Below, piece after piece: positions 7,723 to 15,737 of a stretch of 64,000 nt of DNA. The DNA is from a virus, in IMG/VR virus record IMGVR_UViG_3300045988_139374, positions 1-64,000 of that record; one strand, written 5' to 3'. Position 1 is the first letter of the stretch; every line of letters starts with the position of its first letter. Position numbers and translations under genes: made by a program. Under the pieces are notes generated by a model. The model did not search any database. It was not told where the DNA came from and worked only from the letters and a program-made list of their open reading frames with translations.

Positions 7723-8496
7723 ATGAACTTCACTCACACTAGCATTATCAATTCCATCTTTATCAATGGTCACTATTTGACCATTTTTGAACTGGATTAT
7801 TATACTAACAGCAATCATCCTAGATATATTTTCCAGGATGCAGTGTATGATCATGTAGCAGTTCTCAGTGCTAATGGACTCTTATCTTATAGTCCTGTGT
7901 ATACTCCGCTTTATACTTCTCGTGCTTATAAAAAGTATGAAGATGCTCTTCCTGAATATCAGGCTTTCTATGATATTTATCAAAAGACTCCTGATCCTAC
8001 TACCAATATTAGGTCCAAAGCTGGCTTTGGTACTGAAGTATCTAGAATGTACTTTGATGAAATCGCAAAAGAAGTAATTGGAGTAAATGATACAAGCAAT
8101 ATCAAGTTTGATGAACCTACCAGCAATTGTCCTGCATATGTAGAAATTAATTTCTTTATCTGCGGGCATGGATACACGGCATGTGTTTATATTTCTACTG
8201 ATAAATTGTCTGGTACTATCATTTCCAATATTATGGATAATAATGATGGTAGTAAGCATATTACCGGTCATGGTAAATTCTATATTGGGTATGATGCAGA
8301 ATGTGGTTGCTCTATTGGAGCTGATAATTCCATTTATGCTGGGAAAGATCATGATATGGATGATGGTAAGAGTACTCTTGATTTTATGAATGAACAGGGT
8401 ATTCCTACTGATACTGTATTCCGGTTCATCCATCGTAAAGCACTTGATGTCTTTACCAGATATTTTATCAGTAAGGAGAATAAGAAAAATGGCTAA
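7723..8496 (+). CDS. hypothetical protein, paralog family 1 (HPRYIF; C-terminal SKENKKNG)
   Basis: AAGGAG SD; motifs shared with the 8489 and 6929 products. Confidence 0.8.
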   Translation: MNFTHTSIINSIFINGHYLTIFELDYYTNSNHPRYIFQDAVYDHVAVLSANGLLSYSPVYTPLYTSRAYKKYEDALPEYQAFYDIYQKTPDPTTNIRSKAGFGTEVSRMYFDEIAKEVIGVNDTSNIKFDEPTSNCPAYVEINFFICGHGYTACVYISTDKLSGTIISNIMDNNDGSKHITGHGKFYIGYDAECGCSIGADNSIYAGKDHDMDDGKSTLDFMNEQGIPTDTVFRFIHRKALDVFTRYFISKENKKNG

Positions 8497-9280
8497 TGCT
8501 AATATCATTAATTACTTTTCTGCATTTGGGCATATTGCTTATTTGTATGAACTTACTCATCCTCTTTGCACTGAACCCAGATATGTCTTTACTGATGAAG
8601 TATTGACTCCTAAAGAAAAAGAGGATGGATATGATTTTGAATTCAATCTGGCATATACCTCAAAAGTTTATGACAATAAAGAGGAGGCAGAATCTAAGTT
8701 TAATAAACTCGAATATGCATATCTGTTCAATGCTCATGTTATGATTCCTGAGGAGGATGAGTATAAGAATTTAACTGTAGTTCCTATCAGATCTGATCTA
8801 TGTGAGAAGTATATGGATTCTATCATGGATAAAATCGTTACTATCACTGATGTCACAGCAACTGATAATTCGATTTTTAAAGATTTCGAATCTGGATTCT
8901 ATGCTGATTTTAATCTGAAATTTAAGATCAATAATATCGAATTCACTGCAGAAGCATATACTAGATATGGAGAATGTGCAAATGGTGAAAACCCATGCAT
9001 TAATATTGTAGTGTATAAAGATGGAACTAACTCTGCATTTATTACTGATAGTTTTGATCTCTATATCAATCATGAGCATAATGCACAATCTGCTGTTAGA
9101 AGCAGTAATAATGTCTTCGCTACCGATATTGGTAATATTGATCCTGATATTAAAGATGAATTCAATTTCAGCATTCCTAAAGAACTCGATATCAATCTCA
9201 CTTCCCTTGGTAGATTCCTTGTAAATAGAGTTTATCAAGAGATCAATGGTATTATCAGCAAAGTAGAGCAAAAAGCATAA
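8489..9280 (+). CDS. hypothetical protein, paralog family 1 (start MANANIINYF; EPRYVF)
   Basis: AAGGAG SD encoded by the upstream KENKKNG codons; ATG overlaps the upstream stop; the track start at 8390 lacks an SD. Confidence 0.75.
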   Translation: MANANIINYFSAFGHIAYLYELTHPLCTEPRYVFTDEVLTPKEKEDGYDFEFNLAYTSKVYDNKEEAESKFNKLEYAYLFNAHVMIPEEDEYKNLTVVPIRSDLCEKYMDSIMDKIVTITDVTATDNSIFKDFESGFYADFNLKFKINNIEFTAEAYTRYGECANGENPCINIVVYKDGTNSAFITDSFDLYINHEHNAQSAVRSSNNVFATDIGNIDPDIKDEFNFSIPKELDINLTSLGRFLVNRVYQEINGIISKVEQKA

Positions 9281-9285
9281 CTAAA

Positions 9286-9326
9286 AAGTCCCGTAGAGAG
9301 TTAATCTCTACGGGATTTATTTTTTA
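9286..9326 (+). terminator. intrinsic terminator (TCCCGTAGAGAG / CTCTCTACGGGA)
   Basis: 12-bp stem plus T-tract. Confidence 0.85.
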
Positions 9327-9360
9327 ATGTAAGCCCAATATTTCAATAATATTTATTATT

Positions 9361-9409
9361 TTGAATAGATATTATATAATTGAGAGTATAAATAATGTAT
9401 TGCTCTCAA
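9361..9409 (+). promoter_or_regulatory. phage promoter box TTGAATAGATATTATATAATTG plus 5' stem-loop 9380-9409
   Basis: consensus copy with a 2-nt AT insertion; hairpin TTGAGAG/CTCTCAA. Confidence 0.65.
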
Positions 9410-9437
9410 TGGTCAAAAAAAGAAAGGAAAATGTAAA

Positions 9438-9785
9438 ATGAAAAAGACAGACAAAAAGAAAAGGTACTTCGAGTTTCAGCATACGCTCGACTATTTCTTT
9501 TGTGAGCACGAAGGAATAGACGAAGAAGATTATTTCAAATTAAATGAAATAAAATCTGGAATCATTTTCTTTATGTGCAAGGATAAATTCCATGAGAATA
9601 GCACTTGCTTTCTAGCAAATTGCAAAAGCCAAATCTATGAGAATTTAAACAAGCTTGTAGAAAAGCATAAAGATCTTGAGCATAATGCTAAGATCCTGAC
9701 AGAGTTCATGGAAGATTTTTATCCAGATATTAAAATCAACTATGGACAGATGTGGAAAGATGGTATTCTTCTGCTGGAGGAATAA
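9438..9785 (+). CDS. hypothetical protein, 115 aa, first gene of a nine-gene operon
   Basis: GAAAGGA SD; ORF. Confidence 0.75.
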   Translation: MKKTDKKKRYFEFQHTLDYFFCEHEGIDEEDYFKLNEIKSGIIFFMCKDKFHENSTCFLANCKSQIYENLNKLVEKHKDLEHNAKILTEFMEDFYPDIKINYGQMWKDGILLLEE

Positions 9786-9788
9786 ATA

Positions 9789-10715
9789 ATGCCATATACA
9801 GTTAAGCAAATCTCTAATTTACTAAATGTAGATCCAGAGACTGTTAGACGATGGATAAGACGAGGAGATCTGAAGGCTACACAAAGATCTAAGAAAGATG
9901 GAAATGTAATATCTGAAGATCAGTTAAATGAATTTTTAATATCTCGTCCAAAATATTCTCAAATTAAAATTAAGCCATCAAAAGTTAAAAAAGTAAAAGT
10001 TATAATTCATAAGTCTAAGAGGAGAAATAAAGCTATGATGAATGTACTAAATGCTTCTGATACTACCATTATCTCTTATGATAGCTCTGTTGCTACTAAG
10101 AGATTTATTACCAATAATGACCTTGGTAAAACCTTGGCCTTTGGTGGTAACAATCCTGCCCCGAGTGCATTGCTTGCTACCTTGCTTCGCACTGCTACTC
10201 TTAAAGCAGCACGTGAACTTGCAGAATATCGCAGAACTCATCCTGCGACTGTGAAAGATGATGATTATTATCGCCATCTTGAGTTTGGTCATCAGTCTTA
10301 TAGAATGGATGGCTGTGGCTATAAGACTATATTCTTCAATGTTGATATTACTGATGTTAAGGATATCAACAAGGTGAATGAATTCATTAACAGCTGTGCA
10401 AATATCAGCTCTGATGAGTTTAAAAAGTATATGGCAGATACCACTAAGTCTGAAGAATATATGCTGAAGATGAATTTTGGTATCAACTTTGGTGATCAGC
10501 CGGATTATGATGTATTTAATCCTGCTGCTGGTCAGTATGAGGTGATTAAATACCTTGTAAAATGTGTTCTGCTTGATATGCGTCATGCATTTATGCAGAA
10601 TAAGGGCCTCAGATATATCTCTTTTGAAAATAATAAGGATCCTGAATCGATTTATATTATTGCAGAAAAGAAATATACTGACAAGAATATTGTTACTCTT
10701 ACCATTGGTGCCTAA
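9789..10715 (+). CDS. DNA-binding protein with an N-terminal MerR/excisionase-type HTH
   Basis: N-terminus YTVKQISNLLNVDPETVRRWIRRGDLKA matches the excisionase-family HTH pattern; the C-terminal part resembles downstream paralogs. Confidence 0.7.
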   Translation: MPYTVKQISNLLNVDPETVRRWIRRGDLKATQRSKKDGNVISEDQLNEFLISRPKYSQIKIKPSKVKKVKVIIHKSKRRNKAMMNVLNASDTTIISYDSSVATKRFITNNDLGKTLAFGGNNPAPSALLATLLRTATLKAARELAEYRRTHPATVKDDDYYRHLEFGHQSYRMDGCGYKTIFFNVDITDVKDINKVNEFINSCANISSDEFKKYMADTTKSEEYMLKMNFGINFGDQPDYDVFNPAAGQYEVIKYLVKCVLLDMRHAFMQNKGLRYISFENNKDPESIYIIAEKKYTDKNIVTLTIGA

Positions 10716-10727
10716 GGAGGTATAAAA

Positions 10728-11396
10728 ATGGAAATCAAAGTTGAAGTGCTCGATACTAGAATGGTCAACGGTCATCTTATTGAGCTTGAGCATTGGTCCA
10801 CTACAGCAGCAAATCCTGAGCATAGCCTTTCTAAATACACAGTGCATGATCGCATTTATTATGCACTTGGTCATATCATCAAGGAGTTATCTACTCCGAA
10901 ATTTGTTTCTGAAAAAGAAGCAAGAAGAATGTTTGAGGAGTGTATCCTTGAATATTCTAAATTCAATGTAGGCGGTCCTCAAGCAATTAGGAAAAAGGAT
11001 CGTGTGCTCACTACTGCTGAATGCGAGATTGATGATCAGTATTATAATAAATTTATTGATCTCAATACCAATTGGGATTTCAGCAATTTTACTATTAATA
11101 AAGATCTGACCAACTCTGAAGACGATGCTACTGTAAATTTTGTAGTTACTATTAATAACAATAAATTTACTGGCAGATGTCACCTTTACGATTTTCTGAG
11201 GCAAGATACTACTATTATCGTAGTTGATACATCTAAAATCATCAATCTCACTGAATATATGGATAATGTAGACAGAAATGGTAGATATCCTGGATTCTTT
11301 GAGAAGAATTATGGTGTATCTGATGAGCTTCTGAGAGATGATATCATTTCCAAAGTTAAAGCATTTTTGAGAGGAGAAGATCCTAATGAGTTTTGA
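10728..11396 (+). CDS. hypothetical protein, paralog family 1 (LIELEHWS)
   Basis: AAGGAGG SD; family motifs. Confidence 0.8.
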   Translation: MEIKVEVLDTRMVNGHLIELEHWSTTAANPEHSLSKYTVHDRIYYALGHIIKELSTPKFVSEKEARRMFEECILEYSKFNVGGPQAIRKKDRVLTTAECEIDDQYYNKFIDLNTNWDFSNFTINKDLTNSEDDATVNFVVTINNNKFTGRCHLYDFLRQDTTIIVVDTSKIINLTEYMDNVDRNGRYPGFFEKNYGVSDELLRDDIISKVKAFLRGEDPNEF

Positions 11397-12117
11397 TGAT
11401 TTTGCTATTAAAGCTTCTATCATTCCGGCAGGAGAAAATAATACGGGTCATATTGCTGCTATAAAGCCCATTGCTGAGATATACGATATTGAGGAATTTA
11501 GAAAGATCTTTGATGAAAAGATCTACGATAAGGAAGTTCCTGAGTTTGGGCCAAAGGATCCATTTGTATATAATCTAATCAGGGTTCTGATCGAGCCTAT
11601 GATCCTGTACAATAAAGAAGAAGAAATGGGTATTTATCACAAAGTACTTCCTAAAGTAGACCATGCTATTCCTGTAAGTGATTCTGATAATTCTATTAAG
11701 CTTCTTCTTACTGGAAATATTAATGCGGATAATTTTATCTCCAGTAAAATGCTCGATGGGCTCGAGATTATCGTTTCTAATCCTGATGTAATTGGTAATA
11801 TTTTACCTGGATATTGGGATGATAGATATAGCTTCGATGTCCAGAACCTTAAGAATCCTCATTGGACTTATATGTTTGCATTTCTCAAGTGTTGTGTAAA
11901 AACAGCTCAGCAGGGATGTGAAACATCTGGAATGAAATCTATTGAATTCAGGAATCAAGTAAATGAGAGCATCAAAATTTCTGTATCCAAATTTGCTGAT
12001 GGCTATATCTGTGAGATTGCGATGCCTATGCATCAAGTTGCCACTACTCCTCAATTCTTCAGTGCTGTTATGAGAAAGAGAGCGATCAATAATATCCTGG
12101 AGGATGATTATGAATGA
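11386..12117 (+). CDS. hypothetical protein, paralog family 2
   Basis: SD GAGGAGAAG; shared C-terminal helix plus three-strand pattern (MKSIEFRN...IKISVSK...YICEIAMP). Confidence 0.75.
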   Translation: MSFDDFAIKASIIPAGENNTGHIAAIKPIAEIYDIEEFRKIFDEKIYDKEVPEFGPKDPFVYNLIRVLIEPMILYNKEEEMGIYHKVLPKVDHAIPVSDSDNSIKLLLTGNINADNFISSKMLDGLEIIVSNPDVIGNILPGYWDDRYSFDVQNLKNPHWTYMFAFLKCCVKTAQQGCETSGMKSIEFRNQVNESIKISVSKFADGYICEIAMPMHQVATTPQFFSAVMRKRAINNILEDDYE

Positions 12118-12658
12118 GCCGGAAGTATTATCCATCACTTATGATATAGAGTATTTTATTGAGAGATCTAAAGAAGAATGTATCAATAAATACAAATATG
12201 ATGAGATGGAAACTGAATGTGCATATGGCAATCTTGATCAGATATTCGAAACTGCATTTAACTGCATTGGAGAACATCATATCGCATTTGAGCACATTTT
12301 AAATGGAAGATCGATTCGCTATAATAGTATCATCTCTAAATCAATTAAATATTCTATCCAAATTGATAATGGATTTGATCTTATTAAATTGATGCACCAT
12401 AATAATTTATATGGAGCCTTCTGTTTAAAACGACCCAAATATACAGAAAACTATTATCCTGCTATTAATCTTATCGACACTGTTGTAGCAGGTACTAGTA
12501 AATTGCTCGATAATCATAAATCTATCAGGAAGATAATAATCGAACCTGATAATTATGATATGATTGAATTCAATGTAGAAAGGATTGAAGATAGCCCAGA
12601 GGAATATATGCATACAATACTATTGAAAAACTTTAAATGGAAAAGGACTGTAATGTAA
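12104..12658 (+). CDS. hypothetical protein, paralog family 2 (start may be 12110)
   Basis: CTGGAGGA SD; overlaps the upstream stop. Confidence 0.75.
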   Translation: MIMNEPEVLSITYDIEYFIERSKEECINKYKYDEMETECAYGNLDQIFETAFNCIGEHHIAFEHILNGRSIRYNSIISKSIKYSIQIDNGFDLIKLMHHNNLYGAFCLKRPKYTENYYPAINLIDTVVAGTSKLLDNHKSIRKIIIEPDNYDMIEFNVERIEDSPEEYMHTILLKNFKWKRTVM

Positions 12659-12660
12659 AT

Positions 12661-13350
12661 ATGGCAGAATTATTCGTATCTCCATTCAGAGAGGTTATCA
12701 AAAAGGATTATGACATTATGGACTTCACTCCTAAGGATAAGGATGAAGGATATACTGTCATTGATCTTAAAGATCCCAGTCTAGCTGATCTATGCAATGG
12801 AGTCATTATGATTTGCAGTAACTATGCATATCGTGATAGTAATTCTAAGTATCACGATATCTTGTATAACGTATATGGTGATTTTTACGTTACAAAAAGA
12901 ATCTCTATGTTGAAAATTGAGATTCCTGATATCACCGATACTGGTAATATTATCAAGATCAGGAGACTCTTTAAAGACTATCTTGATCTTTATGATCTCA
13001 TTAATACAACAAGAGGAGGTGAAGAAAATCCGATTGATGTAATTATTAAGAAATATGGATTTTTCCTTAACAAAGCAAAAGGATTTAATCCGTATATTGC
13101 AGGCAAATCATACATTTATGCAAAATCTACTATGAGTAGATGCATTAATTTCCTGCTCTATAGTATTCTTTATAATATTGGAGCAGGATTAAAAAATGGC
13201 ATACAGAATTGTGTAGTTTCTAAATATCCTATTAGGACAGTATATGAAATTACTGATAGTAAAGAAAAGATTTCGTTTAAACTCGAAATCGACAATCGTG
13301 ATAATTCCGGAATTTTTACAATCTCTTCTGAGATTGATAAAAAACAATAA
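12661..13350 (+). CDS. hypothetical protein, paralog family 2 (alternative start 12637)
   Basis: ATG 2 nt after the upstream stop with a weak AAAGGA SD; 12637 has no SD. Confidence 0.65.
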   Translation: MAELFVSPFREVIKKDYDIMDFTPKDKDEGYTVIDLKDPSLADLCNGVIMICSNYAYRDSNSKYHDILYNVYGDFYVTKRISMLKIEIPDITDTGNIIKIRRLFKDYLDLYDLINTTRGGEENPIDVIIKKYGFFLNKAKGFNPYIAGKSYIYAKSTMSRCINFLLYSILYNIGAGLKNGIQNCVVSKYPIRTVYEITDSKEKISFKLEIDNRDNSGIFTISSEIDKKQ

Positions 13351-13377
13351 TCTTTACAAACAGAAAGGGAAATAAAA

Positions 13378-13965
13378 ATGGAATTGAAATTCATGATGCC
13401 TTCTACCTGCATCGATAAGACTACTCGGTACTATGATCTTCAGGATGTGATCTTCGGTGTTGGAGCCTTGTCTGAAGGCTTTGACGTTGATTATCGCACT
13501 GGCAAGGTACCAACCTTTAATGGGTTGGTATTCTCTCTGATCAATATGATCGCAATCAATGCTGATGAGCATGATTACCGCTTTAACTTTGACTTTAAAA
13601 AGAGCAATCGTGAGATGTTTTTCATCACTAATCCTGGTAAGAACAAACTTGAAGAGACTTTCAAGTCTCTTCAGAGTTGCATTATTGAGCCTCAGTTCGA
13701 AGTTGCTCTCTTCGATCATGACAACTATGAGGATGCCAAAATCGAAGGCTTTACGTACTTCGATTTGAAAAATGACGCATATAAAGGAGTTATGTTTATC
13801 CTTAACCACGTTGTTGAGGAAAGCATCTCTGAGATGGAAAAAGACCAATCTTTGTGTGAAATTATTACCTGTGATGATTTCACCTCTATCTCTGTAAAGA
13901 AGATTTCTTCCACAATGTATGATGTCATTATTAAGGCATATGCAGATAAAGTTAAGGAGGTTTAA
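13378..13965 (+). CDS. hypothetical abundant protein, 195 aa, tandem paralog of the 13968 product
   Basis: SD AAAGGGA; G/C-ending codon bias; alignable with the 13968 product (FNGLVFSLIN vs INGLVFGIIN). Confidence 0.85.
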   Translation: MELKFMMPSTCIDKTTRYYDLQDVIFGVGALSEGFDVDYRTGKVPTFNGLVFSLINMIAINADEHDYRFNFDFKKSNREMFFITNPGKNKLEETFKSLQSCIIEPQFEVALFDHDNYEDAKIEGFTYFDLKNDAYKGVMFILNHVVEESISEMEKDQSLCEIITCDDFTSISVKKISSTMYDVIIKAYADKVKEV

Positions 13966-13967
13966 TT

Positions 13968-14558
13968 ATGGAAAATATGGTATTTGAAAAGCCAAGCAAT
14001 TATAAAGTAGAGATTACTAGAGTTTATAAGCTCGATGATGCAATTAAGAGTTTCAATATTGGTTATGGTACAACTGTACCCAGTATCAATGGTTTGGTAT
14101 TTGGTATTATCAATGCTTGCATTGCAGCAAAATTTGATGAAAAATTCGGATATGCTTTTAAATCTGGTCATATTTTCCGTCATGTTAAAATTACTCTTGA
14201 CACTGAAGACGCTGCAGCCCAGTTTAAAACTCAGATGGATGATCTTATTAGTAAGCCAATTGATAAAGCCATGAGAATGGCTCTCATTCATACTGATAAT
14301 TACAATCCCAAGCATTTGATCCCTGGATTTGAATATACTAATATGCATAATGATGTATATACTAGCATCTTCTATATGATCATTGAGATTATTAGGTCTG
14401 CAGTAATCGATTTTGAATCCATTGAAAATTTGTCTGATGTACTCTATAGGAGTGGTGATAATAACATTAGCATTCGTATTCATAAGAATACAAATGCAAA
14501 AAGATATACACTCTATATTATTGCATTTACTGACAAATACTATCATGGCAATAATTAA
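13968..14558 (+). CDS. hypothetical protein, 196 aa, tandem paralog of the 13378 product
   Basis: TTAAGGAGGTTTAATTATGGAAA initiation region. Confidence 0.85.
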   Translation: MENMVFEKPSNYKVEITRVYKLDDAIKSFNIGYGTTVPSINGLVFGIINACIAAKFDEKFGYAFKSGHIFRHVKITLDTEDAAAQFKTQMDDLISKPIDKAMRMALIHTDNYNPKHLIPGFEYTNMHNDVYTSIFYMIIEIIRSAVIDFESIENLSDVLYRSGDNNISIRIHKNTNAKRYTLYIIAFTDKYYHGNN

Positions 14559-14570
14559 GGAGGTTTAATT

Positions 14571-14954
14571 ATGGAAATTAATATCAAATTAAGCACTACA
14601 GACATTGAAAAGATGCTTAGCAGAATCTACTGTTTCAAAGAAGGTTCTGTTAAAGTTTCTATCAACAGTAGTGGGGAAATCATTGCTATCGCAAATGAAT
14701 TTCCTGTTCAGTCTGCTCCTGCTCTTTATTATGGCTCTGGAGTAAGAGATCTTAGTTCTGATCCCACCTGCAGTCGTATTAATACTATTAATACAACAGT
14801 AGATCCAAATGTAAAGGTTACTCTTCAGAATTGCCCTGATTCCAATTCTGGAAATTCTATGGACCCTAATGATAGATGTAGCATTGCTGATGCAATCATG
14901 GATCGTCATTTCGGCAAATATAGTTCCAAAGCACCTAAAAACATTATGAAGTAA
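14571..14954 (+). CDS. hypothetical protein, 127 aa
   Basis: 23-nt initiation region identical to that of the 13968 gene. Confidence 0.8.
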   Translation: MEINIKLSTTDIEKMLSRIYCFKEGSVKVSINSSGEIIAIANEFPVQSAPALYYGSGVRDLSSDPTCSRINTINTTVDPNVKVTLQNCPDSNSGNSMDPNDRCSIADAIMDRHFGKYSSKAPKNIMK

Positions 14955-14964
14955 TCTTTAATAT

Positions 14965-15008
14965 AAAAGGAGTGGGTTTCATTTGCCCACTCCTTTTATT
15001 TTTTTTTT
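14965..15008 (+). terminator. intrinsic terminator AAAAGGAGTGGGTTTCATTTGCCCACTCCTTTT plus T-tract
   Basis: near-identical to 5818-5859. Confidence 0.9.
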
Positions 15009-15056
15009 GATTGTTTTAATTCTACATTCTAATAAAAATCAGATATTCTTCTGATT
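15007..15056 (+). promoter_or_regulatory. possible host sigma-A-type promoter (TTGATT-17 nt-TAATAA) followed by stem-loop 15037-15056
   Basis: -35/-10-like hexamers at canonical spacing; no phage box here. Confidence 0.3.
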
Positions 15057-15087
15057 AAACCAATTTTCTGTAAAGGAGAATAATACT

Positions 15088-15351
15088 ATGGATACTAAGA
15101 TTGATTGGAAGCAGAAGCTAACCTCTCGTAAGTTCTGGGCTGCCGTTGTTGGCTTTGTTACTCCTCTTTTGATTGCATTTGGCTTCTCTGATAACCAAAT
15201 TGCAGAAGCTACTTCTATCATCATGGCTGGGGCTACTCTTATTGCATATATTATCGGCGAGGGTCTAGTAGATTCTAGTCGTATTGCTGCGAATACTACT
15301 GCTAACAATACTATCACTACTACTACGATTAAGAGTGATTCCAATGAGTAA
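15088..15351 (+). CDS. holin (Gram-positive phage holin type)
   Basis: 87 aa. N-terminus DWKQKLTSRKFWAAVVGFVTPLLIAF plus a second hydrophobic helix. Immediately upstream of the endolysin. Confidence 0.75.
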   Translation: MDTKIDWKQKLTSRKFWAAVVGFVTPLLIAFGFSDNQIAEATSIIMAGATLIAYIIGEGLVDSSRIAANTTANNTITTTTIKSDSNE

Positions 15352-15712
15352 GCATTCTAAGAAAAGCAATAAGAAGCCTTTAAGAAGAAGAACTAAATTT
15401 ACAATGCTTGCTATATTCAATATAATTTGGTATACTGTCACTGTATTGATTCTATCTTTCTTTGATCATACAGTTCCTGCAGAACTGACTACTGCTTGGT
15501 TTGCTGCTTGGACAATCGAATTAGCTTTACTTTATGGAATTAAAGTAAAGAGTAAAGATGCTCCTAGCAGTGAATTTAAAGATATTCCAGATTATATTGA
15601 TGAACAACCTACACAAGAGCCTATTGTAGATAATACTTCTTCTAATGATGAAGCCATTAATGTGCAGGATGAATCTAATGTTCCAGATTATGACGAAGAA
15701 GCTCTGGGATAA
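15344..15712 (+). CDS. membrane protein with two TM helices and an acidic tail (holin partner or antiholin candidate)
   Basis: start MSKHSKKSNKK overlaps the holin stop; TM segments FTMLAIFNIIWYTVTVLILSFF and LTTAWFAAWTIELALLYGI. Confidence 0.7.
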   Translation: MSKHSKKSNKKPLRRRTKFTMLAIFNIIWYTVTVLILSFFDHTVPAELTTAWFAAWTIELALLYGIKVKSKDAPSSEFKDIPDYIDEQPTQEPIVDNTSSNDEAINVQDESNVPDYDEEALG

Positions 15713-15737
15713 ATTCTTTTTCACGAGGTGATAACCA

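Noticed and set aside
10047-10874. 275-aa minus-strand ORF. Similar antisense ORFs occur at 7055-7693, 7882-8508, 20132-20869, 53142-53948, 24936-25547, 48818-49384 and 55917-56432
   Set aside because: All lie antisense to well-supported plus-strand genes and lack SD sequences. Their I/L/F/N/S-rich compositions are typical of antisense frames in AT-rich DNA.
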